IMG/VR virus record: IMGVR_UViG_3300050343_000122
Span: 49,503-113,502 of that record
Length of the DNA: 64,000 nucleotides
Reading direction: 5' to 3' (one strand)
Origin: a virus
Made by a program: the position numbers and the translations under genes. Shown one piece after another: positions 18,703 to 28,903 of this stretch. Within the stretch, counting starts at the first letter, position 1. Each line of letters opens with the position of its first letter. The notes below the pieces were generated by a model. It saw only the letters and a list, made by a program, of their open reading frames with translations. It was not told where the DNA came from and ran no database searches.

Positions 18703-19269
18703 ATGGGAGTAGATATATACGGTAGAAAAACAGAATGGAAAGGTGAAAAACCAGAGATAAACTGGAGTGAAGACCACACAGAAGAAGCTAAAGACGAATT
18801 CTTTAAACTATTACATGAGTTTGAAGAGGACAATCCTGGATACTATTTCAGGAGTAACTGGTGGGGCTGGAGACCAATAGTCATGCTAAGTGAGATAGCA
18901 TCAGCAAACGAAGGACTAGAGATAGACTTTGAGTATTGGGGCTCTAATGATGGTAATGGACTAGAGACACAAGAACAATGTAACAAACTTGCTGATGCAA
19001 TTGAGAAGCTTATGGCAACAGATGGTGGATTTGTAGAAGACTTTGACACATTGTATGTTAATATGGGATCATGGACCAATTCACAAGGAGGATTTGTAGA
19101 CCAAGCTACAAGAGAAGAGCTAAACAAGACACTACCTGAAGGTAGAGTTGCATTTACAGGAGTTGTACATGATGAAGGTGTATTCTATCCAGCACATAGT
19201 GCAGATAAAAGACACATAGATAATTTTATCGAGTTTTTACGTGATTGTAATGGCTTTACTATTTGGTAA
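18703..19269 (+). CDS. Phage hypothetical protein
   Basis: MGVDIYG...YFRSNWWGWRP...FIEFLRDCNGFTIW. Confidence 0.75.
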   Translation: MGVDIYGRKTEWKGEKPEINWSEDHTEEAKDEFFKLLHEFEEDNPGYYFRSNWWGWRPIVMLSEIASANEGLEIDFEYWGSNDGNGLETQEQCNKLADAIEKLMATDGGFVEDFDTLYVNMGSWTNSQGGFVDQATREELNKTLPEGRVAFTGVVHDEGVFYPAHSADKRHIDNFIEFLRDCNGFTIW

Positions 19270-19292
19270 TATAACTAAATTTGTTATTTTTG
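19262..19292 (+). promoter_or_regulatory. Bacteroidota-type promoter heading the replication operon
   Basis: TTTG-N19-TATTTTTG. Confidence 0.65.
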
Positions 19293-19314
19293 TAAAACAA
19301 TTCACACACACATA

Positions 19315-19512
19315 ATGAAATTCATAACCTTTCTAATTAGATGGATAAGTCAACAGCTGGCTATACCATTCTGGATAGTTGGACACATACATTTGTCTAT
19401 TCATAACTTGCATGACCTATACGAAATACTAAGTAGTGTAGGTCTGCATATAATTGTAGGCATTGGGTTCTATTTAGACTATAAAGACTATAAAGACCAA
19501 CCGGATGTGTAG
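19315..19512 (+). CDS. Small two-helix membrane protein, His-rich
   Basis: 65 aa; PFWIVGHIHLS. Confidence 0.65.
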   Translation: MKFITFLIRWISQQLAIPFWIVGHIHLSIHNLHDLYEILSSVGLHIIVGIGFYLDYKDYKDQPDV

Positions 19513-19648
19513 ACCTATTATCAAATGTAGTAGATGTGATGAAACATTCTGTACAGGTTTAGATTACAGATGGCATTACGATAAGCATTTAGATGAGTGG
19601 TGGAAAGCAGAAGATAAAGATAAATACATAAAACAAACAACACAATGA
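19505..19648 (+). CDS. 47-aa C2H2 zinc-finger protein
   Basis: CSRC-DETF-CTGLD-Y-RW-HYDKH; ATGA overlap with polB. Confidence 0.7.
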   Translation: MCRPIIKCSRCDETFCTGLDYRWHYDKHLDEWWKAEDKDKYIKQTTQ

Positions 19649-21609
19649 TTGAAGACATAATTATTTATGATATAGAAACCATGCAAGAGTGTTTTATAGT
19701 TGTATGTATGCAACCAGGTAAGACACCTAAGAGCTTCACTGTCAGCAATTGGCAGAATCAACTAGATGCATTTGTTAAATATACAGATGAACACAAGGAT
19801 GCACATTGGGTGGGTTACAACAACTTACGCTTTGATGCTCAGGTAGTTGAATGGATACTTAGGAACTATGAGCACTGGCATGATTGTACAGGACTAGAGA
19901 TATGTGCTAAGATTGCACAGAAGGCTCAGGATGTTATACATGATGCTAACTATGATGTGTTTCCAGAGTATAGAGAATGGGAACTATCGCTTAAGCAACT
20001 GGATCTGTTTAAGATACATCACTATGATAACAAGAACAGGCGTGTTAGTCTGAAGAGGTTAGAGTTTGAGATGGACTTAGAGAACATAGAGGAGATGCCT
20101 ATACATCACACCAAGACAAACATGACTAAGGATGAAGTATTTCAGACACTGCAGTATTGTTTTAATGATGTAGATGCAACCTATGAATTCTATAAGGTAA
20201 CAATAGGTGAGACGGACCACCCATTATACAAGGGTAACAACCAGATACAACTAAGGCTTGATATACAAGATGAGTTTGGTATAGATTGTTTAAACTACTC
20301 AGACAGTAAGATTGGTGATGAGATTATCAAGAAGTATTACTGTCATGAGAAGAACATTGATATCAAAGAGTTACCAAGAAAAGGCTTCTTTAGGAAGAGC
20401 ATTGCATTGAAGAACTGCGTTGCACACTATGTTAAGTTTGAAACAAAACAGCTGAAGACATTCCTTAAGAACATTAAATCAATAACACTTGGACTTCAGG
20501 ATGACTTTAAAGAACACATAAACTTCTACGATAATGTATATTCGTTTATGCGTGGTGGTTTGCATACAGAAAACAAACCAGCAATATTTGAGGCTGATGA
20601 AGATTACGAAATCATTGACTGGGATGTAGCTAGTTACTATCCTGCTATTATTATTAACAACGGTAAGTATCCTGCACACTTGGGTAAGCAATTCTTATTC
20701 GGATATAAAGAAATGTACGAGAAGAGACTAGCTTTAAAACAAAGTGGGACCAAGGATGCTAAGACAATGGGTATTATAGGTGCACTTAAGCTTGCAGTTA
20801 ACTCTGTATACGGTAAGTCATCTGACATGCTTTCATGGATCTACGATAGGCAGTTAACTATGTTCACTACAATTACTGGTGAGCTTAGCTTGATGATGCT
20901 TATAGAACAGTACGAACTGAATGGCATACATGTGATATCTGCTAACACAGACGGTGTAACTGTAAAGGTTAAGAAAGATCTTATACCTAAGATGTACGAA
21001 GTTAATAAGGAGTGGGAAGAGACTACTCAATACATACTAGAGAGAACTGATTACAGTAAAATTATATTCTCTACGGTTAATGACTATATAGCTATCACAC
21101 CAGATGGTTATATCAAGAAGAAAGGGGACTTCCTAACAGACTTTGAACTTCATAAGAACAAATCTGCTAGGATTGTACCTCTTGCTCTTGAACAGTATTA
21201 TGTAAACGGTACTAATGTAAGAGATACTATTAAACAGCACAAGAATCTATTTGACTTCTGTATAAGAAAGAAAGCCTCAAAGGACTTCTTCTTTGAAGGG
21301 GTACATAGAACTACAGGTGACAACACTAAGTATAACAAACTAATTAGGTATTATGTATCACAGTCAGGTGAGAAGATATACAAGGTTAGAAAAGAGGAGT
21401 CTACTAGTAAAGCTGTTAAGAGATCTCAAGCAGAAGCTGGTGATTGGTTATGTACTGTTTGTAATTATCTTCCTGATAACTCAGTTTTAGATAACGTCAA
21501 CTATACATATTATATACATAAGGCTGAGAAGCTAATAAGTAAGATTAAAAGTGGTGGTAAGAGAATAAAAGTAAAAGTAGCACCTAACCAATTAGATTTA
21601 TTCGCATGA
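19645..21609 (+). CDS. polB: DNA polymerase family B
   Basis: Exonuclease YDIET, YNNLRFD, YCFND; polymerase DVASYYP, KLAVNSVYG, ANTDG. Confidence 0.92.
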   Translation: MIEDIIIYDIETMQECFIVVCMQPGKTPKSFTVSNWQNQLDAFVKYTDEHKDAHWVGYNNLRFDAQVVEWILRNYEHWHDCTGLEICAKIAQKAQDVIHDANYDVFPEYREWELSLKQLDLFKIHHYDNKNRRVSLKRLEFEMDLENIEEMPIHHTKTNMTKDEVFQTLQYCFNDVDATYEFYKVTIGETDHPLYKGNNQIQLRLDIQDEFGIDCLNYSDSKIGDEIIKKYYCHEKNIDIKELPRKGFFRKSIALKNCVAHYVKFETKQLKTFLKNIKSITLGLQDDFKEHINFYDNVYSFMRGGLHTENKPAIFEADEDYEIIDWDVASYYPAIIINNGKYPAHLGKQFLFGYKEMYEKRLALKQSGTKDAKTMGIIGALKLAVNSVYGKSSDMLSWIYDRQLTMFTTITGELSLMMLIEQYELNGIHVISANTDGVTVKVKKDLIPKMYEVNKEWEETTQYILERTDYSKIIFSTVNDYIAITPDGYIKKKGDFLTDFELHKNKSARIVPLALEQYYVNGTNVRDTIKQHKNLFDFCIRKKASKDFFFEGVHRTTGDNTKYNKLIRYYVSQSGEKIYKVRKEESTSKAVKRSQAEAGDWLCTVCNYLPDNSVLDNVNYTYYIHKAEKLISKIKSGGKRIKVKVAPNQLDLFA

Positions 21610-21863
21610 AAAAGAAAGTAAATAGAAGTAATGTCATGAGACATTTGATTGAGTATCAATTAGATATGGTCGGTAAACGATTAGTTGATACTCTTGATGA
21701 TGACAAGTGGTATTTTAACTGGACAATGACTAGTGCTCAACGTATAGAGTTTAATAAATACGCAATTCAAACTATGAAGAAAGTCTTTAAGTTTAATACA
21801 AACAAAGCTAAGGACTCTCTTGCATGGTTTCATCAACAATTCGGATTAAGAATCAAAGATTAA
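21606..21863 (+). CDS. Hypothetical protein
   Basis: 85 aa, coupled to polB. Confidence 0.65.
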   Translation: MKKKVNRSNVMRHLIEYQLDMVGKRLVDTLDDDKWYFNWTMTSAQRIEFNKYAIQTMKKVFKFNTNKAKDSLAWFHQQFGLRIKD

Positions 21864-21888
21864 TATTAATAATTAAAATCAAGTAAAA

Positions 21889-22131
21889 ATGGAAATTTCA
21901 ACAATTCAAGTAGTAATCGCAATCGTAGCAATAGTTGCTATATTTGCAGGAGTAAGAGGAGTAAACAAGACTCCAAAGAAGATCGTAGCACCTAAAGCTA
22001 CAAAACCTCGAAGAGGTAGACCAAAAGGTAGTAAGAATAATACTGCTAAAGTGGTAGTTAGTAAACCAAAGCGTGGAAGAGGTAGACCTAAAGGTTCTAA
22101 AAACAAGCCAAAGGGTGTCAAAGTTAATTAA
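21889..22131 (+). CDS. Membrane-anchored AT-hook protein
   Basis: N-terminal hydrophobic helix plus two RGRPKGSKN repeats. Confidence 0.7.
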   Translation: MEISTIQVVIAIVAIVAIFAGVRGVNKTPKKIVAPKATKPRRGRPKGSKNNTAKVVVSKPKRGRGRPKGSKNKPKGVKVN

Positions 22132-22339
22132 CGAAGACTGGGAACATGCAGCATATGCTAATGATGAAGTGTATGCTGCAGAACGCCAGTACCTGATGGA
22201 ACTAGAACATCAGCAGTGGGAGCACGAGCAAGCTAAGAAGAAACAGAAGCCTGCAATTATTAAACTATCAAAACCAATTAAAGATGAAGCTACACATAAC
22301 CCCAGAAAAGTTCGAGGAGCTCATCAAGAAAAGCTATAG
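22073..22339 (+). CDS. Hypothetical protein (start uncertain, perhaps GTG near 22115)
   Basis: ORF filling the gap. Confidence 0.5.
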   Translation: MEEVDLKVLKTSQRVSKLINEDWEHAAYANDEVYAAERQYLMELEHQQWEHEQAKKKQKPAIIKLSKPIKDEATHNPRKVRGAHQEKL

Positions 22340-22913
22340 TTTAGATATTATCTATTTACTTAAGTTGATTGAGGCAGAGTATGACGTAGAACCTCTCTAT
22401 GAGAATAGTATGCGTATCTCTGCCATCTATCAATCACTTAGACGAAAAGGACTAATAGCTGAAGATGAGAACAAACTAACTACAGTGGGACAAGACTTGC
22501 TTAAGTACTTACATCCAGAAGAAACTAAAAGAAAGTTCGTAAAGAGAAAACCTCAGGCCACAGCATTTGAAGAGTGGTGGAAAACATATCCTGGTACTGA
22601 TACATTTACTTATGAAGGTAAGAAGTTCAGGGGAACAAGGGCTCTGCGTAAAGACAAGCAGGCCTGTAAGATTAAGTTCGATGCAATATTATTAGAGGGA
22701 GATTATACATCTGATCAACTAGTACAAGCTCTAAGATACGAACTTGAGCAAAAAGTATTGATGTCAATGAAAACTAAACAAAACAGACTTACGTTTATGC
22801 AGAACAGTCTAACTTATCTGAATCAGAGAACCTATGAGGCTTTTATAGAACTTATAGATGAACAAGGTTCAGACCAAGGAGGCAGTGTACCAAGTGGGTC
22901 TACAGATATATAA
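22284..22913 (+). CDS. Replication initiator-like protein
   Basis: wHTH-like N-terminus; FEEWWKTYP and TYLNQ motifs seen in phage replisome organisers. Confidence 0.55.
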   Translation: MKLHITPEKFEELIKKSYSLDIIYLLKLIEAEYDVEPLYENSMRISAIYQSLRRKGLIAEDENKLTTVGQDLLKYLHPEETKRKFVKRKPQATAFEEWWKTYPGTDTFTYEGKKFRGTRALRKDKQACKIKFDAILLEGDYTSDQLVQALRYELEQKVLMSMKTKQNRLTFMQNSLTYLNQRTYEAFIELIDEQGSDQGGSVPSGSTDI

Positions 22914-22922
22914 ATTATAATT

Positions 22923-23234
22923 ATGGGAAAGAAGAAGAGTTTGTGGAGGAAAAATAGATACGGAAAGTGGTATAAACTTAAGGAACCTGAAGGTAAAACA
23001 GTTAAGTTTATACCTTGTGACGAAGATAAACAAGTATATAACTGGAGTAGAACTAACAAGAAGGCTACAGAGAACTTCAACGGTGGACCAACAGGTGCAG
23101 TTTGGAGGAAAGAAAGAGGGCCTGTACATGAGTATTTAAACAGAGATAAAGAATTCCTTATCTCAGATAAGGAAGATAAAGAGGAACAAGCAGAACAAAA
23201 GGGACCAGACTTAAAGGATGACTACCCTTTCTAA
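22923..23234 (+). CDS. Hypothetical protein
   Basis: 103-aa ORF. Confidence 0.55.
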   Translation: MGKKKSLWRKNRYGKWYKLKEPEGKTVKFIPCDEDKQVYNWSRTNKKATENFNGGPTGAVWRKERGPVHEYLNRDKEFLISDKEDKEEQAEQKGPDLKDDYPF

Positions 23235-23361
23235 AAATAAATAAATGGAAGCAATTAAATTAATAGTCAGTATTATAATATTACTCTTTTTGATAAAGTG
23301 GGTCGGTAAGTTTATATGGCCAGAGGATGATGATGATTGGCATAACCTGCAATATTGAATC

Positions 23362-23667
23362 ATGAGCTATAAACCACTACCTGAGTCTTTAACTATCAAA
23401 GACTCTAAAGTGCACGGACTAGGTCTGTTTGCTAAACAAGACATTGTAAAAGGTATAAGTCTAGGAACAACACACGTATACAATGAGAATTTTGACAACA
23501 ACTACATTAGAACACCACTGGGAGGTTTTATAAACCATAGTGATAACGCTAATGCACAGTTGATAAAGCTAAACGATACTTTAATGTTAGCTACAACTCG
23601 TTTTATAAAGAAGGGAGAGGAGATCTTCACAACTTACAAACTATATAATATAAAAGATGGGATTTAA
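23362..23667 (+). CDS. SET-domain protein-lysine methyltransferase
   Basis: S.VHGLGLFA..DI, FINHS..AN, I.KGEEI...Y. Confidence 0.88.
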   Translation: MSYKPLPESLTIKDSKVHGLGLFAKQDIVKGISLGTTHVYNENFDNNYIRTPLGGFINHSDNANAQLIKLNDTLMLATTRFIKKGEEIFTTYKLYNIKDGI

Positions 23668-24721
23668 ACTATTAAAAGAAGAGGTAGACAAGGGTCTGGC
23701 TGGTAGAAACGGTGGTATACCTATGGGATTCGACAGACTAAATAGGTATGTTGGTATCCGTAGGTCTATGTATTACTTAATAGGTGGACTAACCGGTTCA
23801 GGTAAGACTAGCTTTATCGATGATGCATTTGTACTGAACCCAGTAGACTGGGCCCTATCTAAAGAAGGACGTGAGTCTGGTATTAAGGTGAAGGTGTGGT
23901 ACAGATCTATGGAGCGTAGTCAGACATACAAACTAGCTAAGTGGACCTGCAGGAAGATCTTTCAAGAAGAAGGAGTTATCATTCCTGTTAACAAACTACT
24001 GGGCTGGACAAGCAAGATGACAAAGGATGAACATGACTTATTCCTTAAGTATGAGGACTATATGAATGAGCTTATGGAAATAGTTACTATTATAGATGGG
24101 CCAGAGAATCCGGTTGGTATTGCTAAAGAGCTAAAAGCTTATGCACTAGAACGTGGTGAGATAAAACAGTTAGATACATACAACAAGATATACGTTCCTA
24201 ATGATCCTAACGAGATAACACTAGTTGTGTTAGATCACATAGGTCTACTGAAGACTACCAGTGCACAGCCCACAAAGAAGCAGGCTATTGACAAGATGAG
24301 TGATGAGCTAAGATACGCTCGTGACTTCTATGGTTATTCACCAGTTGTTGTTAGTCAGTTCAACCGGTCTATATCTAATCCTATCAGGATAAAGAATGGT
24401 GATGTTGAGCCACAGATGGAAGACTTTGCTGATAGTTCTACAACACAGAATGACTCAGACATATGTATGGCCCTATTTGACCCTATGAGGTACAAGGTAG
24501 AAGATCCATCAGGCTATGACCTCAACAAACTGAAGGATGAGTTCGGTGGTAAATACTTTAGGAGTCTACGTGTAATAAAGAATAGCTATGGTGAAGATGA
24601 TATCAGGATTGGTCTTGGTTTCCTTGGCCAGATAGGTATGTTCAAAGAGTTACCTAGACGTAGAGATATAACAGAATCAGACTATCAGTCTGTAATTAAT
24701 AAATCATTCTTTTTATCATGA
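23657..24721 (+). CDS. dnaB: DnaB-like replicative helicase
   Basis: GLTGSGKT, SME, LDHIGL, SQFNR, KNSYG. Confidence 0.85.
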   Translation: MGFKLLKEEVDKGLAGRNGGIPMGFDRLNRYVGIRRSMYYLIGGLTGSGKTSFIDDAFVLNPVDWALSKEGRESGIKVKVWYRSMERSQTYKLAKWTCRKIFQEEGVIIPVNKLLGWTSKMTKDEHDLFLKYEDYMNELMEIVTIIDGPENPVGIAKELKAYALERGEIKQLDTYNKIYVPNDPNEITLVVLDHIGLLKTTSAQPTKKQAIDKMSDELRYARDFYGYSPVVVSQFNRSISNPIRIKNGDVEPQMEDFADSSTTQNDSDICMALFDPMRYKVEDPSGYDLNKLKDEFGGKYFRSLRVIKNSYGEDDIRIGLGFLGQIGMFKELPRRRDITESDYQSVINKSFFLS

Positions 24722-25161
24722 TAACAGGATTCACTGCAGGTAACTTTGACTTGCTACACCCAGGATACATATACACATTTGAAGAAGCTAAGAAGCATTG
24801 CGATAGATTCGTAGTGCTACTACAGCGTGATCCTTCATTGCATAGGAAATCAAAGTATAAACCTGTGCTGTCATTACACGAGCGTTACAAAGCCTTAATG
24901 GCTATACGTTACATTGATGAGGTGTATACATACCAGACAGAAGAGGAGCTTTATCATCTTATACAATGGCTTCAGCCTGATGTAAGAATACTAGGAGAAG
25001 ACTATGTATGGGAAGGAGAAAATGGTAAACCTAAAAGATTTACAGGAGATGACCTGAACATTAAAGTTATATATACTACTAGATCTCATGACTGGTCCAC
25101 TACTAAGATAAAGGATTTAATAACAGAACAAACTAATAAACAAAATGACAATAAGAGATAA
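24718..25161 (+). CDS. Cytidylyl/adenylyltransferase (TagD / RfaE domain II family)
   Basis: AGNFDLLHPGY, KP, ER, GEDY, STTKIK. Confidence 0.85.
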   Translation: MITGFTAGNFDLLHPGYIYTFEEAKKHCDRFVVLLQRDPSLHRKSKYKPVLSLHERYKALMAIRYIDEVYTYQTEEELYHLIQWLQPDVRILGEDYVWEGENGKPKRFTGDDLNIKVIYTTRSHDWSTTKIKDLITEQTNKQNDNKR

Positions 25162-26224
25162 AAGACAAAAAGAGTTTGCACAGGTGTGGATAAACCACGG
25201 TAGGTTTGGTATCCTTAACTTGTGTCCAAGGTTTGGTAAGATCAGAACCACTATACATATATTGAATGAGTTACAGTCAGATCAAATACTTATAGCATAT
25301 CCAGATAATAAGATTAAACAGTCCTGGATTGATGAGTTCGAGCTAATGGGTTACAAGAATGATAATATAACTTATACAACACACAGATCAATAAACAAAT
25401 ACATAGACGTTTATGATCTTGTAATTATAGATGAGATACACTTGTTATCACCTAACCAACGAAGAACATGTGAAGAGTTGATTCTATCAAACAGTAATGT
25501 TCTTGGCCTCACTGGTACATTATCTAAGTGGACCAAGAAAGACTTACAGATGGAACTAGGTCTGCAGGTTATGGCTGAGTATCCAATAGAGAAAGCAATT
25601 GAGGAGGGAGTTATAGCAGACTATGAGATAACTGTAATACAGGTGCCATTAGATAACACTGTGGTGCAAACTTACACCAAGAAGAACATTCGTAAGACAG
25701 AGCTACAGCAATTCCAGTTCTTAAGTGGCATGATTAATAAAATGATGTACTCTGGAGCTAACACTATGTTTCATAGACTAGCACGTATGAGAATTATACA
25801 GAACAGTCTAGCTAAGCTTAACAAAACAAAACAGATACTTCAGGATAATCCTGATGAGCGTATCCTTGTATTCTGTGGTATAACTAAAGTGGCTGATTCA
25901 TTGGGAATACCTTCCTATCATAGTAAATCAAAGGATAAGGAAGCGTTGCAGCGTTTTGCTGAAGGTGAAGGTAACCACATGGCTGTTGTCAAGATAGGTA
26001 ACACAGGTGTGACATATAAACCACTCAATAAGGTAATCATAAACTACTTTGATAGTAACGCAGAGAATCTAGCTCAGAAGATCAATAGATGTATGGCCAT
26101 GGAGTATAACACTCCTGATAAAAAGTCTCACATAACTATTATATCATCTAAGCAAAATGTCGAAGAGAAATGGCTTAATAAAGCTCTTGAATTCTTTGAT
26201 AAAAGTAAGATTAAATACGCATAA
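25145..26224 (+). CDS. Superfamily 2 helicase
   Basis: PRFGK, DEIH, TGT, QKINR. Confidence 0.8.
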   Translation: MTIRDKRQKEFAQVWINHGRFGILNLCPRFGKIRTTIHILNELQSDQILIAYPDNKIKQSWIDEFELMGYKNDNITYTTHRSINKYIDVYDLVIIDEIHLLSPNQRRTCEELILSNSNVLGLTGTLSKWTKKDLQMELGLQVMAEYPIEKAIEEGVIADYEITVIQVPLDNTVVQTYTKKNIRKTELQQFQFLSGMINKMMYSGANTMFHRLARMRIIQNSLAKLNKTKQILQDNPDERILVFCGITKVADSLGIPSYHSKSKDKEALQRFAEGEGNHMAVVKIGNTGVTYKPLNKVIINYFDSNAENLAQKINRCMAMEYNTPDKKSHITIISSKQNVEEKWLNKALEFFDKSKIKYA

Positions 26225-26270
26225 ATATCGTATATTTGTAAACCTAATATTAATAAATAAATACATAAAA

Positions 26271-26942
26271 ATGAGTTCAAAATTAATTGGAGTTGTTGGC
26301 GAAACAGGGACAGGTAAGTCAACAGCAATAAAGCACTTAAACCCTGAAGAAACTTACATTATTAACGTTGCAAAGAAAGAGTTACCATTTAGAGGTTCTC
26401 AAAAACTTTACAACACAGACAACAAAAACTACAAAGAGGTAGATGATCCGGTAGAAGTAACTAGACTTTTAAAAGTTATTTCTGAGAAAGCACCACACAT
26501 AAAAACTATTGTTATTGAAGATAGTAATTATCTTATGGGCTTTAGAATGGTAGAGAAAGCTACTGAGACAGGATTCACAAAGTTCAGCATAATGGCTAAA
26601 GACATGGTTGACATGTTTAGATCAGCTAGAGCACTACGTGATGACTTAGTTGTATTCTATTACTCCCACCCTGAAACTATTGAGGATGCAGGAGAGATAG
26701 TAGGATACAAGATTAAAACAGCCGGTAAATTAATTGACAACCAAGTTTTGTTGGAGGGATTATTAACCGTATGTTTGTACACTAATATAGAAGAAGGTAA
26801 GGATGGTAATGTTACGTACAGCTTTCTTACTAATCGATATAGAAAAAGACCAGCTAAGAGTCCTGATGGAATGTTTGAAACAACAAAGGTCCCAAATAAC
26901 TTGCAGCTAGTTAGAGACACAGTAATGGAATATTATAACTAA
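26271..26942 (+). CDS. AAA ATPase (Sak4/AAA_24-like)
   Basis: GETGTGKS, AKSP.GMF, NNL; start refined to MSSKL. Confidence 0.8.
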   Translation: MSSKLIGVVGETGTGKSTAIKHLNPEETYIINVAKKELPFRGSQKLYNTDNKNYKEVDDPVEVTRLLKVISEKAPHIKTIVIEDSNYLMGFRMVEKATETGFTKFSIMAKDMVDMFRSARALRDDLVVFYYSHPETIEDAGEIVGYKIKTAGKLIDNQVLLEGLLTVCLYTNIEEGKDGNVTYSFLTNRYRKRPAKSPDGMFETTKVPNNLQLVRDTVMEYYN

Positions 26943-26956
26943 ATAAATAAATAAAT

Positions 26957-27832
26957 ATGAGTACAATAGGTGGAGTAAAAAGAGAATCTACAAACACAGA
27001 AAGTAAATTTAACAAGAAAGTAGGCCTGTTTGAGGCTAACGTTGTTGCTATCAACCCAACAAATGAAGAGTACAAAGATGTGCTTGGAATAGAATTGAGT
27101 GAAGATAGCAAAGCAACTAATTATCTAGGAGAAACAAGAGATGGTAATACATATCTCCGTGTAGATGTATGGTTGCAGGAGGTAAAGAATCAAGAGAACT
27201 TTAAAGTATCATTCTTTCTAGAAGATAGAGAGCGTGAGAATAGGGACCAAACTAAGAAACAATATCTAAACAGTGTAGGTATGACATCTTGGGCTGATGA
27301 TGAGAACAATTTATTTGACTGGTTCAAAGAGAACCGTGAGTATAGAGTTGCATTCATTGGTGAGGAAGACTTATATGATTTCTTACGTACTTGGTTGGGA
27401 CAACTAGACTATAGAAGTGCAGAAACTACACTAACCCTTGACTGGAGTAAGCTTATGCGTGGTAACGTAAAAGATCTTAAGGACCAGGTAGATGGTGAGT
27501 GGTGTAACAGCATTGTAGCACTAGCTACCGTAGTTACTAAAGAGCGTGATGGTGATACAGTAGAATATCAAGGTGTCTACAACAAGGCATTCTTGTCTGG
27601 ATACACTATGCGTCAGTTTAGACTAGTAGATTACACAGAAAGCAGAATTGTAAATCAATTGAAGTCACGTAAACCTAGAGAGCTGAAGCCACATGAAAGA
27701 TTTGTAGTGAAAGTTACTGGTGAATATGGTTGTAAAGATTACTATCAACTTAAAGAGATAGAAGATTACAATCCTGATGAGAACTTAGTAGCTTCTGATG
27801 ATTATATATCTGAGGACGGAGGAGATTACTAA
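26957..27832 (+). CDS. Putative single-stranded DNA-binding protein
   Basis: Follows the Sak4-like gene; acidic tail ending in Y; followed by a terminator. Confidence 0.55.
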   Translation: MSTIGGVKRESTNTESKFNKKVGLFEANVVAINPTNEEYKDVLGIELSEDSKATNYLGETRDGNTYLRVDVWLQEVKNQENFKVSFFLEDRERENRDQTKKQYLNSVGMTSWADDENNLFDWFKENREYRVAFIGEEDLYDFLRTWLGQLDYRSAETTLTLDWSKLMRGNVKDLKDQVDGEWCNSIVALATVVTKERDGDTVEYQGVYNKAFLSGYTMRQFRLVDYTESRIVNQLKSRKPRELKPHERFVVKVTGEYGCKDYYQLKEIEDYNPDENLVASDDYISEDGGDY

Positions 27833-27852
27833 CTAAGTATTTAACTTTAAAC

Positions 27853-27883
27853 AAAAGCTCTGCAGAAATGTAGGGCTTTTTTT
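27853..27883 (+). terminator. Intrinsic terminator
   Basis: AGCTCTGCA-GAAA-TGTAGGGCT then T run. Confidence 0.85.
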
Positions 27884-27895
27884 AACTAATAAATT

Positions 27896-28903
27896 ATGGC
27901 AATAGGAGGAATAAAAAGAACAAAACTGAACAAACAGTCTATACTTGATAAGATATCTGAATATGATGTATTTAGATACTATATGCCAAATACTAACTGG
28001 AAACTGAATGTTAAAACCCATTCACCGTTTAGAGAAGAACGTACACCATCATTTATTATTAGTCAAGGTCACAATGGAGTTAGCTTCTATGACTTTGGGG
28101 ACACTAGTAAGAAAGGAGACTGCTTTGCATTTGTAAAGATGCTATATATGTGTAGTAACTATGATGATGTTCTTAAAAAGATAGATTATGATTTTGGACT
28201 AGGTATCTCTGGTAGTAAGATTAAAGACTACAAGAGAATAGTTGCTCAATACAAACAGCCTGAGAAGGTTGTTAAGTCATACTCTTTTATACAGGTGAAG
28301 ACCAAACCTTTTACTACTGAAGAGTTAGATTACTGGAATCAGTATTATCAGGATGAGGATGACCTTCGAGCAAACAACATATATTCAATTCAAGAACTAT
28401 TTCTAAATAAGAAGAGGTGGGTAGTAGATCCTACTGTGCTAACCTTTGGTTATTTATATGATGGGCACTGGAAGATATATAAACCGTTTGCAGACAAGAA
28501 ATACAAATGGGTACCTAATAATGTTCCTATCACAGCTATGGATGGTAAAGATGACATAAAGAACTGTCACACAGCATTCATAACTAAGAGCAAGAAAGAT
28601 TATATGGTAATGAAGAAGATCTTCCCTACATGTTGTGCAGTGCAGAACGAAGGGATAGGCTGCTTTGATGATGATAACGTAGAATACATCAAGGCTAATT
28701 CAGATATACAGATACTATCATTTGATTCTGACACTACAGGTGTAGAGAATTCAAAAGCAATTACAGATAAGTTTGGATTTGATTACTGTAATGTTCCAAG
28801 GAAATACCTGGCAGAAGGAATAAACGACTGGGCAGACTTGGCTAAACATTACGGATTAAAAGTTATAGAAGATTACTTAATAAATAAAAACATAATAAAA
28901 TGA
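27896..28903 (+). CDS. DNA primase (crAss type)
   Basis: SPFREERTPSF, YDFG..GDCF, TOPRIM-like FDSD..G, DWAD. Confidence 0.8.
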   Translation: MAIGGIKRTKLNKQSILDKISEYDVFRYYMPNTNWKLNVKTHSPFREERTPSFIISQGHNGVSFYDFGDTSKKGDCFAFVKMLYMCSNYDDVLKKIDYDFGLGISGSKIKDYKRIVAQYKQPEKVVKSYSFIQVKTKPFTTEELDYWNQYYQDEDDLRANNIYSIQELFLNKKRWVVDPTVLTFGYLYDGHWKIYKPFADKKYKWVPNNVPITAMDGKDDIKNCHTAFITKSKKDYMVMKKIFPTCCAVQNEGIGCFDDDNVEYIKANSDIQILSFDSDTTGVENSKAITDKFGFDYCNVPRKYLAEGINDWADLAKHYGLKVIEDYLINKNIIK

